A stretch of DNA of 64,000 nucleotides. It comes from Pseudomonadota bacterium (lineage in GTDB: Bacteria > Bdellovibrionota_B > Oligoflexia > Silvanigrellales > Silvanigrellaceae). Each line of letters begins with the position of its first letter. Positions within the stretch are counted from its first letter, which is position 1. The notes under the pieces are model-generated. The model searched no databases. It was not told where the DNA came from and saw only the letters and a list, made by a program, of their open reading frames with translations. The DNA lies in contig RFOM01000014.1 of NCBI GenBank assembly GCA_009926615.1, positions 74 to 64,073 on the forward strand. Reading direction: 5' to 3'. This document shows, piece by piece, positions 1 to 10,259 of this stretch. Both the position numbers and the translations under genes were made by a program.

Positions 1-1276
1 GGAATTTTTGCAGAACCGAATCCGCACTGACTGCATCAAGCTGACTGACGGCATACTTTGTCTGGATATAAGCACACGTCTGCTTCAGAGAGTCTGACAC
101 AAACTGACCGTTGAGGCAGGTTTGCAACGCAGCCTGATGCGCACGGGCTGCCTCGGGACGGCTGACCATGGCCGGCTCAAGCAGGCGAATTGCAGCGCCG
201 ATTCTGGCCGCCCAAGGAGACTTTTCTCCGGACGCAATTTGAGTCAGTTTTTCGGAAATCTCCGGACTTGATGTTCCGAGTTTCTCTGTTTTGAGATCCG
301 CGAGTCTGAGCTGACCGAGAGCCTGCAGTTCGTGCGAAGGAAATCTTCCGACAAGAGTCATCAGGTAGTCGTTGGAAAGATCCGCTTTGCCTTCGATGAA
401 TGCCGATTCACCGGCAATCCAAAGAAGCCTTGGGCTGTCCTGAAATCTTTTGGAATTGAGGTTGGCAAGGCGGCGCAGCAAAACCAGCGCCTGTCCTGAT
501 TGGCCTGATCTGTAAAGAGTCGTTGCCAACTTTTCGACCGAGTCAAATTCTCTCACACTGCCGGCATCTGCACCCGCCTGCCGCTCCAGTGAAGCAATTA
601 CCGCCGCTGTTGCAGGAATAATCGATTCGAGTCTTTCCCTGCGATCCTGCCTGCCGGCCTGAACCGCCTGAGATGTTGTTGTGTCGACGCGAGAGACGAC
701 AGTCTGACTTGCCGGCAACTCTGCCGGAAGATCTATTTCAACAGGCCGAACAGCCTGCGCTGTTGCCTGCGCTGAAGCTGCTGCAGATACGGAAGCAGTG
801 TCTCTGACCCTTCCGGATGCATCGTCTTGCCATTTCCATTCCTGATCGATGCTGCGCGGCTCGACGGGCTCGGTCTTCCAGACATCAACCACAAGCCGCC
901 AAGGACCGTCCTGATGCGCTACGACCCAAGCCAGCGGGGCGTTCTTGAGCTGGAACGAAAGAATCACATCGCCGTTCTTCTCTTCAACAACCACTCTGTG
1001 GATATATCGCGAGTCGTAATAGCGGCTGACATCGAACTCGGAGGCCCGTGCAGGACTGACCCTGATTTCCAGCGAACGACTGTCCTTCAGGTATCGGGTC
1101 GCATATCGTCTGGGGACTTCCAGATCAAAACTGGCACGGTAGCTGTCTTTGCCTGCCGCAAAAGGTTCACTTGAACGGATTTTGCCGTCGCTGTTTCCGG
1201 CGCCAAAAGCATTTGCAGTGGGCACGAGGCACCCGACCAGCAAAATTCGGCAGATGGTTTTGACGGAAACGAACAC
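1..1276 (-). CDS. Exported hypothetical protein with helical (TPR-like) C-terminal part; 3' end runs off the left edge
   Basis: Uninterrupted minus-strand frame from GTG at 1276 to position 1. It is absent from the ORF track because no stop is reached. N-terminus VFVSVKTICRILLVGCLVPTANA looks like a signal peptide. No catalytic motif recognised. Confidence 0.55.
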   Translation of the reverse strand, partial: MFVSVKTICRILLVGCLVPTANAFGAGNSDGKIRSSEPFAAGKDSYRASFDLEVPRRYATRYLKDSRSLEIRVSPARASEFDVSRYYDSRYIHRVVVEEKNGDVILSFQLKNAPLAWVVAHQDGPWRLVVDVWKTEPVEPRSIDQEWKWQDDASGRVRDTASVSAAASAQATAQAVRPVEIDLPAELPASQTVVSRVDTTTSQAVQAGRQDRRERLESIIPATAAVIASLERQAGADAGSVREFDSVEKLATTLYRSGQSGQALVLLRRLANLNSKRFQDSPRLLWIAGESAFIEGKADLSNDYLMTLVGRFPSHELQALGQLRLADLKTEKLGTSSPEISEKLTQIASGEKSPWAARIGAAIRLLEPAMVSRPEAARAHQAALQTCLNGQFVSDSLKQTCAYIQTKYAVSQLDAVSADSVLQKF

Positions 1277-1516
1277 GCAAACCCCCGATCGAAAGACCCC
1301 GCTGAAATGAGCGAAGCCTCACATTTCCGAGATTAGCGCACAGCCAAAAATTAAGTTCTGTCTGGTTTTTGACCTAATAATCCTTTTGACACAAACAAAA
1401 GTGCCGCAATTTTTTTCTCAATCATTCTCGTAATCAATTTTCCGACACCCACATAAAAACCGACACATGATGTTTTTTTTGACGGGTTATTTCCGTGCCT
1501 GCGGGGACTTCAATTC

Positions 1517-2005
1517 CTATTTCTCTACACTCACGCACGAGGGCGGTGTCAGCGGAGAGCAATCACGTTCAATCTGTCCGCCCGAAATCGCAAAGGACGC
1601 AACTATGCGATTTCCATTCCAGTCCCTGTGAATTCGGATTGAATTTCCAAGTAAGTGAAAATCTCCCAGCAGAGTCAGGTCACTCCATCCGGCGTAAACT
1701 GCGAAAGATCCATGCCAAGTCCTTATATTTCCGCAGGTTCTTTGCGCCACGCAAAATTGATTTTCCCTGCGCTCAAAAATGTGAAGGGTCGTAGGGATAC
1801 TTGCAGAACCTGCCGGCTGAGGCTCATCACAGGGGACGAGTGCGGTGATCTGCCTTTGCAGGGCCTGACTCTGAATCTGCGACCCGTCATCCGGCTCAGT
1901 GAATTGAATCAGCAAATCAGAGCACTTATCATCCGCAAGCGCAACGCCGCCCGCAATATTGAGAAAGCTGCACGCGAACATCAGTCGACGGGATGTGTTG
2001 GTCAT
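1517..2005 (-). CDS. Hypothetical exported protein
   Basis: 162-aa ORF. N-terminus MTNTSRRLMFACSFLNIAGGVALA is signal-peptide-like. Lies 15 nt downstream of ORF 2021..2530 on the same strand. No family recognised. Confidence 0.4.
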   Translation of the reverse strand: MTNTSRRLMFACSFLNIAGGVALADDKCSDLLIQFTEPDDGSQIQSQALQRQITALVPCDEPQPAGSASIPTTLHIFERRENQFCVAQRTCGNIRTWHGSFAVYAGWSDLTLLGDFHLLGNSIRIHRDWNGNRIVASFAISGGQIERDCSPLTPPSCVSVEK

Positions 2006-2020
2006 TTCTGTTTTCCTCTT

Positions 2021-2530
2021 TCATTGATGAATGTCTGTTTCATCCAGAATTTCATTGCATTGAATGCTGAATGACTGATTGCTGTAACCGAGCCAGAAGC
2101 TCACTGCAGTCCAGCCGACGGGAAAGGGAATACTGTTCACCAAAACCGAATAGCGCTGGTTTACATCGGTGCAGTATTTCCTGCTGCATGCGGCTGCCGG
2201 ACCGCTGCCCTTGGATTTCGGGTCCGAGGTCTGCGCTCCAAATTTGATGCCGGAGGGAAAGTCCGGATGCGCAGAAGCACGCGGCAACAGACAAAAGTCG
2301 ATCAGTGTAAGACCCGCATGAATTCCCCAGCGCGGCATCTTGCGCAGCGACACGTGAGCCACGTGATCGCCGCCTCCGGAATCAGTGTCTGTGCACACCA
2401 AAGCGGGCTCTGCACCCGCGGTCTGATGTTCACATTGAAATCCGCCGGCATGAGTCTCCGGCCTGAAAAACAACAATGCGGCCAAAACCGGTAAACGACG
2501 ATCCAAAACAAAAGCATGGCTCAACATCAC
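2021..2530 (-). CDS. Hypothetical exported protein
   Basis: 169-aa ORF with a hydrophobic N-terminus (LPVLAALLFF). Tandem with 1517..2005. No family recognised. Confidence 0.4.
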   Translation of the reverse strand: MMLSHAFVLDRRLPVLAALLFFRPETHAGGFQCEHQTAGAEPALVCTDTDSGGGDHVAHVSLRKMPRWGIHAGLTLIDFCLLPRASAHPDFPSGIKFGAQTSDPKSKGSGPAAACSRKYCTDVNQRYSVLVNSIPFPVGWTAVSFWLGYSNQSFSIQCNEILDETDIHQ

Positions 2531-2757
2531 AGGCCTCCTCAGATTGTGTCTTCAGAACAGCGGAGGTCAGAATAGATTTTGTCGTCGTGAACTCAAGGCA
2601 CGATTTTTACTTGCCCAAATACAGCATATTTTCGCAAAACAAAGAAAAGGCCGTCCGCGACCGCGGAATCACAGCCCAACCGGCCGCAAATATTTTCCTT
2701 TTCATACCGGACGGGTAATATCCCGAAGATCAATTGCTTCGGGGGAGAATCCCAATC

Positions 2758-3501
2758 ATGCTGCGAACGCTTTTTACATTCATCTTCTGGTCTTTTTTCA
2801 TGCTGTCCGGCCTCATCATGCAACTCATATTCAAGATCAAAACCATCGGTCTGACGGATGAAGCCGCAAGGCAGCGTTTGGCGCAGCACTTCAGACTCCG
2901 CTGGTCGGTGCGGACTTTGCGGATCTTTCTTGGTGTCCCTGACCTTGAAAACCTCAGGAAGAAAGTTGCTCATTTGCCCGAACAATTCATTCTCATATCC
3001 AATCACCGCAGCAATCTGGACCCTCTGCTGGTCTCGGTGATCGGCAGACCGTTGGTCTTTCTGTCAAAAAAATCTGTGCTCAAGACTCCCGTCGTCGGAC
3101 GCTGGATGCGCCTTTGCGGTGATGTTTCGGTTGAACGCGGAGAAAAAAGCAGCAGGGAGGAGAGCCTCAACCAGATGCGTCAGCGTCTGAAACGGGGAGA
3201 TTCACTGCTCATCTTTCCGGAGGGAACGCGTCAGACTGATCCCGAACGACCTTTGGGAGACTTTCGCGACGGTGCATTCAATCTCGCCTCCCAAAGCGGA
3301 GTGCCGATCGTTGCACTCGTATTGAAGGACACCGATTTCATCTGGAAGAAAGGAAGTCTGATACTCGACCTGAGGCCGCTTCAGTTCGCAGTCTCGGATC
3401 CCATAGCGTCAATGGGCCGCGAAGCCCGCGACCTCAAGGACGAATCTGTCAAAACAATGAAAAGCATGCTTGAATCACTTTCGATCTGTAAACAGTCATA
3501 A
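2758..3501 (+). CDS. plsC: 1-acyl-sn-glycerol-3-phosphate acyltransferase family (PlsC-like)
   Basis: HxxxxD acyltransferase motif (NHRSNLDP) and FPEGTR motif. N-terminal TM segment. ATG at 2758 preceded by GGGGGAG; the ORF track start 2734 is an upstream alternative. Confidence 0.8.
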   Translation: MLRTLFTFIFWSFFMLSGLIMQLIFKIKTIGLTDEAARQRLAQHFRLRWSVRTLRIFLGVPDLENLRKKVAHLPEQFILISNHRSNLDPLLVSVIGRPLVFLSKKSVLKTPVVGRWMRLCGDVSVERGEKSSREESLNQMRQRLKRGDSLLIFPEGTRQTDPERPLGDFRDGAFNLASQSGVPIVALVLKDTDFIWKKGSLILDLRPLQFAVSDPIASMGREARDLKDESVKTMKSMLESLSICKQS

Positions 3502-3516
3502 ACAGGAAAGACAGTC

Positions 3517-4503
3517 ATGGAATATCGTCGTCTTGGAAATTCCGGTCTCATGATCAGCGCCCTGTCCTACGGGTCGTGGCTCACGTTCGATGCCAAATCG
3601 GCAGAAGTTCAAAAACAGTGCATGCATGCTGCTTACGATGCGGGCGTAAATTTTTTCGACAACGCGGAAGTTTATGCGGGCGGAGAATCGGAAACCGTCA
3701 TGGGCGACATCCTCGCCAAAGCAGGCTGGGAGCGCGACAGTTACATAATCTCGAGCAAGGTTTTTTGGGGCGGCAACAAGCCCACTCAAAAGGGCCTTTC
3801 CCGCAAGCACATTGTAGATGCGTGCAATGCGGCTTTGAAACGACTGCGGGTCGATTACATCGATCTTTATTTTTGTCACCGTCCGGATGCCGGCACACCG
3901 GTAGAAGAAACCGTAAGGACAATGAATAACCTCATTGATCAGGGCAAAATCCTGTACTGGGGAACCAGCGAATGGCCTGCCGACCTCATCACGCAGGCTC
4001 ACGCCGTTGCAAAGGAAAACCGCCTCGTCGGGCCCACCATGGAACAACCGCAGTACAACATGATCCACCGTGAGCGCATGGAGAAGGAATATTTACGGCT
4101 GTTCAAGCATTTTGGAATGGGCACGACAATCTGGTCACCCCTTGCGTCCGGCATTCTGACCGGAAAGTATCTGAACGGAATTCCGGAGGGCAGCCGTTTT
4201 TCAAAGCAGGGTATGGAATGGCTCAAGGACATCTACCTCAACGAAAACGTCGATTCACTCAACCGGAAAGTCCTCAAACTGCAAAAACTGAGTCAGGAGC
4301 TCGGCATGTCACTTCCGCAGCTGGGCATATGCTGGTGCATGGAAAACTCCAACGTCAGCACTGTCATCCTCGGTGCCTCGCGGACGGAGCAGCTGACCGA
4401 AACTCTCAAAGCCGAGTCACTGCGGATAAAATTAAACAAAGACGTATTGACACAAATCGACTTGATACTTGAGAACGTACCTGCCCCCGAAAGAATCTTT
4501 TAA
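3517..4503 (+). CDS. Aldo/keto reductase (Kv-beta-subunit-like subfamily)
   Basis: N-terminus MEYRRLGNSGLMISALSYGSW and DLYFCHRPD are typical AKR signatures. 328 aa. Confidence 0.85.
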   Translation: MEYRRLGNSGLMISALSYGSWLTFDAKSAEVQKQCMHAAYDAGVNFFDNAEVYAGGESETVMGDILAKAGWERDSYIISSKVFWGGNKPTQKGLSRKHIVDACNAALKRLRVDYIDLYFCHRPDAGTPVEETVRTMNNLIDQGKILYWGTSEWPADLITQAHAVAKENRLVGPTMEQPQYNMIHRERMEKEYLRLFKHFGMGTTIWSPLASGILTGKYLNGIPEGSRFSKQGMEWLKDIYLNENVDSLNRKVLKLQKLSQELGMSLPQLGICWCMENSNVSTVILGASRTEQLTETLKAESLRIKLNKDVLTQIDLILENVPAPERIF

Positions 4504-4543
4504 AGATTGAATGATAAAGCGATTAATTTACTGAAGGACAACA

Positions 4544-5275
4544 ATGGAATCTTTTTTTACGACCGAATTGATGATGAGTCTTCTGACACTTACGGTGATG
4601 GAAATTGTGCTCGGGATCGACAACATCATATTCATTAGTCTGCTTGCCGGACGCTTGCCGCCCGAACAAAAGTCCAAAGCGCGGCAGCTCGGTCTTGCCC
4701 TTGCAGCAGTTATGCGTATTGGCCTGCTGATGGGAGTTTCATGGCTTGCCACGCTGACCACTCCGCTCTTTCAAATCGCCGGCAGCGACATTTCGGTCAA
4801 AAGCCTGATCCTGCTCCTCGGAGGCCTCTTTCTTCTCTACAAATCGACCAAAGAAATTCATCACAAAATTGAAATGTCAGAAGACGGCTCGCCAAAATCC
4901 GGATCGGGAGCAACTTTTACAAGCATAATCACTCAAATTGTTCTGATTGATTTGGTCTTCTCGCTGGATTCCATCATCACCGCCATAGGCATGACTCAGA
5001 ATGTTCCCGTCATGATTGTCGCAAACCTTCTCGCCTTGGGACTGATGATTGTTTACGGCGGAGTTATCGGCGATTACGTTGACAAACATCCGTCCATCAA
5101 GATGCTCGCCCTGAGTTTCCTTCTGATGATTGGCGTTCTGCTTGTAGCAGAAAGTTTCAGCTACAAGATTCCCAAAGGCTACCTGTATTTTGCAATGGCC
5201 TTCAGTGTGATTGTGGAGATGCTCAACCTGCGTGCCGGAGCGCGCAAGCACTCCGCACCGCCTCACTCGTCATAA
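4544..5275 (+). CDS. TerC family integral membrane protein
   Basis: Multi-TM protein with the GIDNIIFISLL and SLDSIITAIGM TerC-type repeats. Confidence 0.8.
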   Translation: MESFFTTELMMSLLTLTVMEIVLGIDNIIFISLLAGRLPPEQKSKARQLGLALAAVMRIGLLMGVSWLATLTTPLFQIAGSDISVKSLILLLGGLFLLYKSTKEIHHKIEMSEDGSPKSGSGATFTSIITQIVLIDLVFSLDSIITAIGMTQNVPVMIVANLLALGLMIVYGGVIGDYVDKHPSIKMLALSFLLMIGVLLVAESFSYKIPKGYLYFAMAFSVIVEMLNLRAGARKHSAPPHSS

Positions 5276-5799
5276 TGGTAATCGATCACCGTGAAGAGCA
5301 TTGGTCCGCGCGGTGTTTCGATTTCCACTTCATCTCCCTTTTGGGCTTTCAGCAGGCCTGCTCCGACAGGAGATTTCCAAGAAATTTTCTTTGAAGCCAA
5401 ATCAAATTCATCTTCTCCGACTATCTGCCAGATTCGGCGCTGACCGTTCTCATCCTCGACCGTAACCGTCGCTCCAAATCTCACACAGTCGGGATTCTGC
5501 TCCTTGGGATCGATGACGCGGGCCTGCTCGATGCGCCTGTTCAAGAAACGAACCCGCCTGTCGATTTCTCTCAGACGTTTTTTGCCGTACTGATACTCGG
5601 CATTTTCGGACCTGTCGCCCTGCAGAACGGCCTGACGTACTTCATCCACAACCTTTGGACGTTCTTTTCTCAATAAAAATTCGAGCTCATCTTTCAGCTT
5701 TTTGAAACCTGAAGGTGTAATGAGATTGTTGCGCTCAAGAGTCTGCGACGGTTGTCTGTCATTCGACCGGAACGACCTTCTTGGTGCCTTTTCGTTCAT
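5263..5799 (-). CDS. greB: Transcription elongation factor GreB
   Basis: [26 protein letters not shown] closely matches E. coli GreB [26 protein letters not shown]. Internal ATG at 5799 (MNEKAPRR) chosen to limit overlap with the clpA 3' end. Confidence 0.85.
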   Translation of the reverse strand: [178 protein letters not shown]

Positions 5800-8107
5800 G
5801 ACGTTCACTCCTCCCTTGGCCGCCTTCTGCAGGCTCATAGTTGAGGATCAACTGATTGTCAGCAACGTCAACGACACAAAGACCGCCTTTGACAAGCGGA
5901 CCAAAGAGTAATTCCTTAACAAGCCGCTGCTTGACCTCCCGATCAACCACCCGCTCCAGCGGCCGTGCACCCAGTGCAGGATCAAATCCTTTGTCCTTGA
6001 GCCAGTTCATTGCAGCGTCGGTCACCTTGAGTGTGACTTTTTTGGACTGCAGATTCCCGCGCAACGCAGTCAGCGATTTCTCAACGATTTTGAGCATGAT
6101 GTCTTCGCTCAGGCGATGAAAACTGACGACCGCATCCAGCCGGTTGAAAAACTCAGGAGAGAAATGCTTTTTAACCGCATCCATGGCGCGGCTTTCAGTG
6201 CTTTCAGGGACAAATCCCAATCCCTGACCGCTCAGCTCCCGCGCACCTGCATTGGAGGTCAGAATAAGAATTGCGTTGCGAAAATCTGCCGTTCTGCCGC
6301 TGGCATCGGTCAGCCGCCCGCTGTCCATAACTTGCAGAAGAATGTTGTGCACTTCGGGATGAGCTTTTTCAATTTCATCAAGAAGGATCACGCAATACGG
6401 TGTTTTGGTCACTGCCTCGGTCAGCAAACCGCCTTCGTCATAGCCGACGTATCCGGGAGGCGCTCCGACCAGTCGCGAAACGGTATGCCGTTCCATGTAT
6501 TCGCTCATGTCAAAACGATGCAGCGTGACACCCAGACTCTTGGCGAGCTGCTTGGTCAGCTCTGTTTTGCCGACACCCGTCGGACCGGCAAACAGGTAAC
6601 AGCCTACGGGTCTGTTCGGGTGCGAGAGACCCGAGCGCGACAAGTGAATGGCAGAAACAATCGTTTCAATCGCTGCATCCTGACCGAAAATGGCTTTCTT
6701 GAGGTCGGCATCCAAATTTTTGAGTTGCATCTTTTGGTCTGCACTGACGGATCGCTCGGGGATCTGCGCCATTGCAGCAACCACCTTTTCGATATCACGG
6801 AGCTGAACCGTCGGAATGTTTTTTGATGCAGAGGAATCTGTCCGAAGAGAAACCTTCGCTCCCGCTTCATCAATGACATCGAGTGCCTTGTCAGGCAGGA
6901 ATCTTCCGTGAATGTGCTGCACGGAAAGCTCAACGGCCCCCCTGATCGCATTCTTTGAATAAATGATGCCGTGATGTTCTTCGTAGCGGCCCTTCACACC
7001 CTCAAGAATCTGAATCGTTTCGTCGGCCGTCGGTTCGCGAACCTCAATTTTCTGAAAACGACGGCTCAGAGCGCGATCCTTTTCAATGTGAGTCCGGTAT
7101 TCTTTGAATGTTGTAGAGCCGATGCAACTCAGGCTGGCATCGGCAAGGCTTGGTTTGAGAAGATTGGATGCATCCATGGCACCGCCGCTTGTGGCACCGG
7201 CGCCGACCACCGTGTGGATTTCGTCGATGAACAAAATTCCGCGCGGGCGCGCACTGATTGCCTTGACCACTGCCTTGAGCCGTTCTTCGAAGTCGCCGCG
7301 ATAGCGCGTTCCGGCAAGCAGAGCACCCATATCCAAAGAGTAAATTTCAGCGGCCGCAAGGCGGGCCGGCACGCGCTTGTACACAATCCGTGCCGCCAGT
7401 CCGTCGACAACCGCCGTTTTTCCTACTCCGGGGTCTCCGACAAGAATTGGATTGTTCTTTGTCTTGCGGCAGAGGATCTCAATCATTCTTTCGATCAGGT
7501 CATCACGGCCAATGATCGGATCCACTCTGCCCTCGGTGACTTTTGTATTCAAAAGCACGCAGAATTTACTGAGGACATCTTCTTTTGCAGCGGAATTTTC
7601 CGAAGTACCTGCCGCTTGTTCGCGCGGCGCAGAATCTGTTCCGCCTCTTTGCGCTCCTGCCAGTGCGTGCGAATAAAACTGAATCAGTTCGAGCCGGTTG
7701 AGACCCTGATCTTCCAAAAACCACGCAGCATGACAATCAGGCTCATTGAAAATCTCAATCAGAATTTTGCCTGTATCCACCGTTTCACGACCGGCGCTGC
7801 GGACTCTGACCATCGTACGGTGGATAAGCCGCTCAAGTGCAAGAGTCATTGTCGGCGAATACTCGGTTTCGTCCGAATCCGAATCGGTATCCGGCAATTC
7901 AACGACAGGCGAATTCTCCCGTAAAAACTTCTTCAATTCATCACGCAACGGTTCAACTTTGGCGCCGCAGCCCTCGAGCAATTCGCGCACCGGCGCGTCG
8001 TCGAGAAGACTCAGCAGAAGATGCTCGATGGTCAGGTATTCATGACGCTGCTCTGTCGCGTACTGAAAAGCAGCCCTGATGCATTTTTCAAGTTGTGGGC
8101 TCAGCAC
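5759..8107 (-). CDS. clpA: ATP-dependent Clp protease ATP-binding subunit ClpA
   Basis: 782 aa with a Clp N-domain and two AAA+ modules: Walker A GDPGVGKT and GPTGVGKT, Walker B ILFIDEIH and ILLDEIEKAH. clpS lies immediately upstream. Confidence 0.95.
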   Translation of the reverse strand: MLSPQLEKCIRAAFQYATEQRHEYLTIEHLLLSLLDDAPVRELLEGCGAKVEPLRDELKKFLRENSPVVELPDTDSDSDETEYSPTMTLALERLIHRTMVRVRSAGRETVDTGKILIEIFNEPDCHAAWFLEDQGLNRLELIQFYSHALAGAQRGGTDSAPREQAAGTSENSAAKEDVLSKFCVLLNTKVTEGRVDPIIGRDDLIERMIEILCRKTKNNPILVGDPGVGKTAVVDGLAARIVYKRVPARLAAAEIYSLDMGALLAGTRYRGDFEERLKAVVKAISARPRGILFIDEIHTVVGAGATSGGAMDASNLLKPSLADASLSCIGSTTFKEYRTHIEKDRALSRRFQKIEVREPTADETIQILEGVKGRYEEHHGIIYSKNAIRGAVELSVQHIHGRFLPDKALDVIDEAGAKVSLRTDSSASKNIPTVQLRDIEKVVAAMAQIPERSVSADQKMQLKNLDADLKKAIFGQDAAIETIVSAIHLSRSGLSHPNRPVGCYLFAGPTGVGKTELTKQLAKSLGVTLHRFDMSEYMERHTVSRLVGAPPGYVGYDEGGLLTEAVTKTPYCVILLDEIEKAHPEVHNILLQVMDSGRLTDASGRTADFRNAILILTSNAGARELSGQGLGFVPESTESRAMDAVKKHFSPEFFNRLDAVVSFHRLSEDIMLKIVEKSLTALRGNLQSKKVTLKVTDAAMNWLKDKGFDPALGARPLERVVDREVKQRLVKELLFGPLVKGGLCVVDVADNQLILNYEPAEGGQGRSERHERKGTKKVVPVE

Positions 8108-8112
8108 TCGTG

Positions 8113-8451
8113 TTACTCCCGTTCCAGAGTTGTCAGCAGCGGAAACCCGTGCTGCTTGGAAAAGTCGTTCACCTGTCTCACCTTCGTTTCCGCGATCGAA
8201 AACGGAAAGATGCCGGCTATCCCCTTTCCGGTTTTATGGACGAGCAACATAATCTGCACCGCCTCCGTTTCATTTTTTCGGAAGAATTTCTGAAGCACAT
8301 GAATGACGAATTCCATGGGGGTATAGTCGTCATTGTTCAGGACCACTTTAAACAGCGGCGGTTTGGCAAGCTTTTGGTCCGGCAGAGTGAGAAGATCATT
8401 GCCCCATTCTTCATCCGGACGCGAATCCAAGGGTTTACTGTCACCCGACAT
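8113..8451 (-). CDS. clpS: ClpS adaptor protein
   Basis: [27 protein letters not shown] is the ClpS core motif. Sits 5 nt upstream of clpA. Confidence 0.95.
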   Translation of the reverse strand: MSGDSKPLDSRPDEEWGNDLLTLPDQKLAKPPLFKVVLNNDDYTPMEFVIHVLQKFFRKNETEAVQIMLLVHKTGKGIAGIFPFSIAETKVRQVNDFSKQHGFPLLTTLERE

Positions 8452-8494
8452 TGCCGTTTGTCCCTTTCAGAAATTGATTCCGAAGCGTGCGCCT

Positions 8495-8938
8495 TTAAAG
8501 ATGCGAAATCAATGCATGATGGGCCGGAATCTCGAAAACCTCAACTCGCCCGACTCCGGCGGCCAAAAGGCCGATTTTTGCGGCAGCGGCCCGCGACAAA
8601 TCAATAATCCGGCCTTCAACAAAGGGTCCTCTGTCATTCACCCTGACAACCACATAACGGCCGGTAGCCACACGCCGGACAAGCAGCAATGTTCCGAAGG
8701 GAAAAGTCGGATGAGCGGCCGTCAGCCGGTCGTGGTCGTAGACCTCGCCGCTTGCGGTTCTGCGACCTGCAAACGAAGGGCCATAGAACGAGGCCAAGCC
8801 GCGCTCGGACAGGGCCCAGTCCTTCGGAACATTTTTCAATGTGAGTGCACGACCGAACGGGTCTAAGGTCTTGCAACCGCTGGATAAAAAGCAAAGGCAG
8901 GGAATTATTCGGAAAAATCTCGAAAATCTTTCAGTCAT
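8495..8938 (-). CDS. rlpA: RlpA-like lipoprotein (DPBB-fold septal-ring lytic transglycosylase family)
   Basis: ASFYGPSFAGRRTASGEVYD...VRVNDRGPFVEGRIIDLS is an RlpA/DPBB signature. Start moved to ATG 8938 (MTERFSRFFRIIPCLCFLSSGC, lipobox), which removes the overlap with 9036(+). Confidence 0.8.
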   Translation of the reverse strand: MTERFSRFFRIIPCLCFLSSGCKTLDPFGRALTLKNVPKDWALSERGLASFYGPSFAGRRTASGEVYDHDRLTAAHPTFPFGTLLLVRRVATGRYVVVRVNDRGPFVEGRIIDLSRAAAAKIGLLAAGVGRVEVFEIPAHHALISHL

Positions 8939-9035
8939 CCGCCTTTTTTTCTCCTTTACTTCAATCTGAAAGTCATTTACCGGTGACGGCCGTCCGGAAA
9001 TTATAACTGAGAGTTTCGGGCTAAGGGAGAAGAAC

Positions 9036-10259
9036 ATGGACCGCTCAATTGGATCGACTTTGGTACTGACCCTGTTGTCGCTCATGACACTGAACGCTGT
9101 CGGATGCAGCAAAACCTCCGACAAGCTGGCGGCCGGTTCTCAAAAACCGAACGTTCCTGCATCTTCCTCGTCTCTTGAAACCGTCAATCTTCCTCATACA
9201 TCCGTCAAATGGCAAAGCATCGGCAACTGCTGGGCATATGCAGCCCTTGGCTGGGTTGAATCGATGATGCTGCGCAACGAGGCCCTCGGTCAGCCCAACT
9301 TTTCCGAAACGTACATCACTTACCGTCACTATGAGCTTCAGCTGGCTGACTCGTCACTGCAAGAGCTGCAAACCGGAGGCTCCTTTCAGGAGGCTGCTGA
9401 AATCACCGCCCGTTACGGGCTCATCAAAGAAGGTGATTTTGCACCCGACGAAGCGAACGCATCAAAGAGCGAACGCCAAAAAAAGGCCACAAATTATCTG
9501 AACGCGAGTCTGAAAACGGGAATTCTTTCACAGACCCGCAACCCGAGCGCAATCAGAGCCGAACTCGACACAGCGTTCGGAGTTAATCTTGATCTCGTCA
9601 AGGATAAGATCATCTCTGCCTCGTCCATCAACGTCGGCGTGGGAAGAGGAGCTGTTGCACCGTTGGATGAAGTGATGCTGAGCTGGCGCGAAGTCTACTG
9701 GCCGATTGCCTATGAAGATTATCCGGACACCCGAATCAGCAAGCCCCGTCCGCAATGGAACGGTGAGATGACCGATGCACAGATGCGCGTGATGAGACGC
9801 GTGATGCGCGCCATGAATGCGAATTATCCGGTCGTCATCAACTGGTTTGTGGACTTCCGTGCCATGGATCAAAAAGGCGTTTTCGGGCTCAAAACACTCG
9901 CCGATTACCAAGGCTCCGGCCGTCAAGGCTACCACTCGACAGTCCTTGAAGATTATGTGGCAGAAGGCATTGACCCGATGACAAATCTTCCGTTCGAAAC
10001 GCCCGAAGGCGAAACGACCGATGAAGCCAAAGCTCTTGCGGCGCGCTTCGGCATGGTCAAATCACTGATCGTCAAGAACTCTTGGGGCGGGTCGGAGCGG
10101 CTTGATCGTCCCAGCTATCAGCGCGACGGTGAAAAAGGCTATCACAAACTCGGAATAGATTATCTTCTTGCGTTCCTTCCGCGTTACGAAGAAAACACGG
10201 ACGAGTTTCAGGGCTACACAACAGGCGTGAACGGATTTCTTCTTCCGCCCGGCTTTTAA
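9036..10259 (+). CDS. Papain-family (C1-like) cysteine peptidase lipoprotein
   Basis: Lipobox LNAVGC. Catalytic-Cys motif GNCWAYAALGW, His context GYHSTVLED, and KNSWG near the C-terminus. Confidence 0.7.
   Translation: MDRSIGSTLVLTLLSLMTLNAVGCSKTSDKLAAGSQKPNVPASSSSLETVNLPHTSVKWQSIGNCWAYAALGWVESMMLRNEALGQPNFSETYITYRHYELQLADSSLQELQTGGSFQEAAEITARYGLIKEGDFAPDEANASKSERQKKATNYLNASLKTGILSQTRNPSAIRAELDTAFGVNLDLVKDKIISASSINVGVGRGAVAPLDEVMLSWREVYWPIAYEDYPDTRISKPRPQWNGEMTDAQMRVMRRVMRAMNANYPVVINWFVDFRAMDQKGVFGLKTLADYQGSGRQGYHSTVLEDYVAEGIDPMTNLPFETPEGETTDEAKALAARFGMVKSLIVKNSWGGSERLDRPSYQRDGEKGYHKLGIDYLLAFLPRYEENTDEFQGYTTGVNGFLLPPGF

Noticed and set aside
4504-4543. yybP-ykoY (Mn) riboswitch, often found upstream of TerC-family genes
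   Set aside because: The intergenic gap is only 40 nt, too short for the riboswitch.
5759-5838. 80-nt overlap of the clpA 3' end with the long greB ORF as a possible unusual coupling
   Set aside because: It is more simply explained by greB starting at the internal ATG 5799. The residual overlap concerns a poorly conserved ClpA C-terminal tail, so it is treated as start-site ambiguity rather than a feature.
6971-7924. 317-aa plus-strand ORF inside clpA, together with 6116..6826, 7377..7676 and 7746..8045
   Set aside because: These are antisense or alternate-frame shadows of a strongly supported clpA CDS. Their composition is Arg/Ser/Cys-rich with no motifs.
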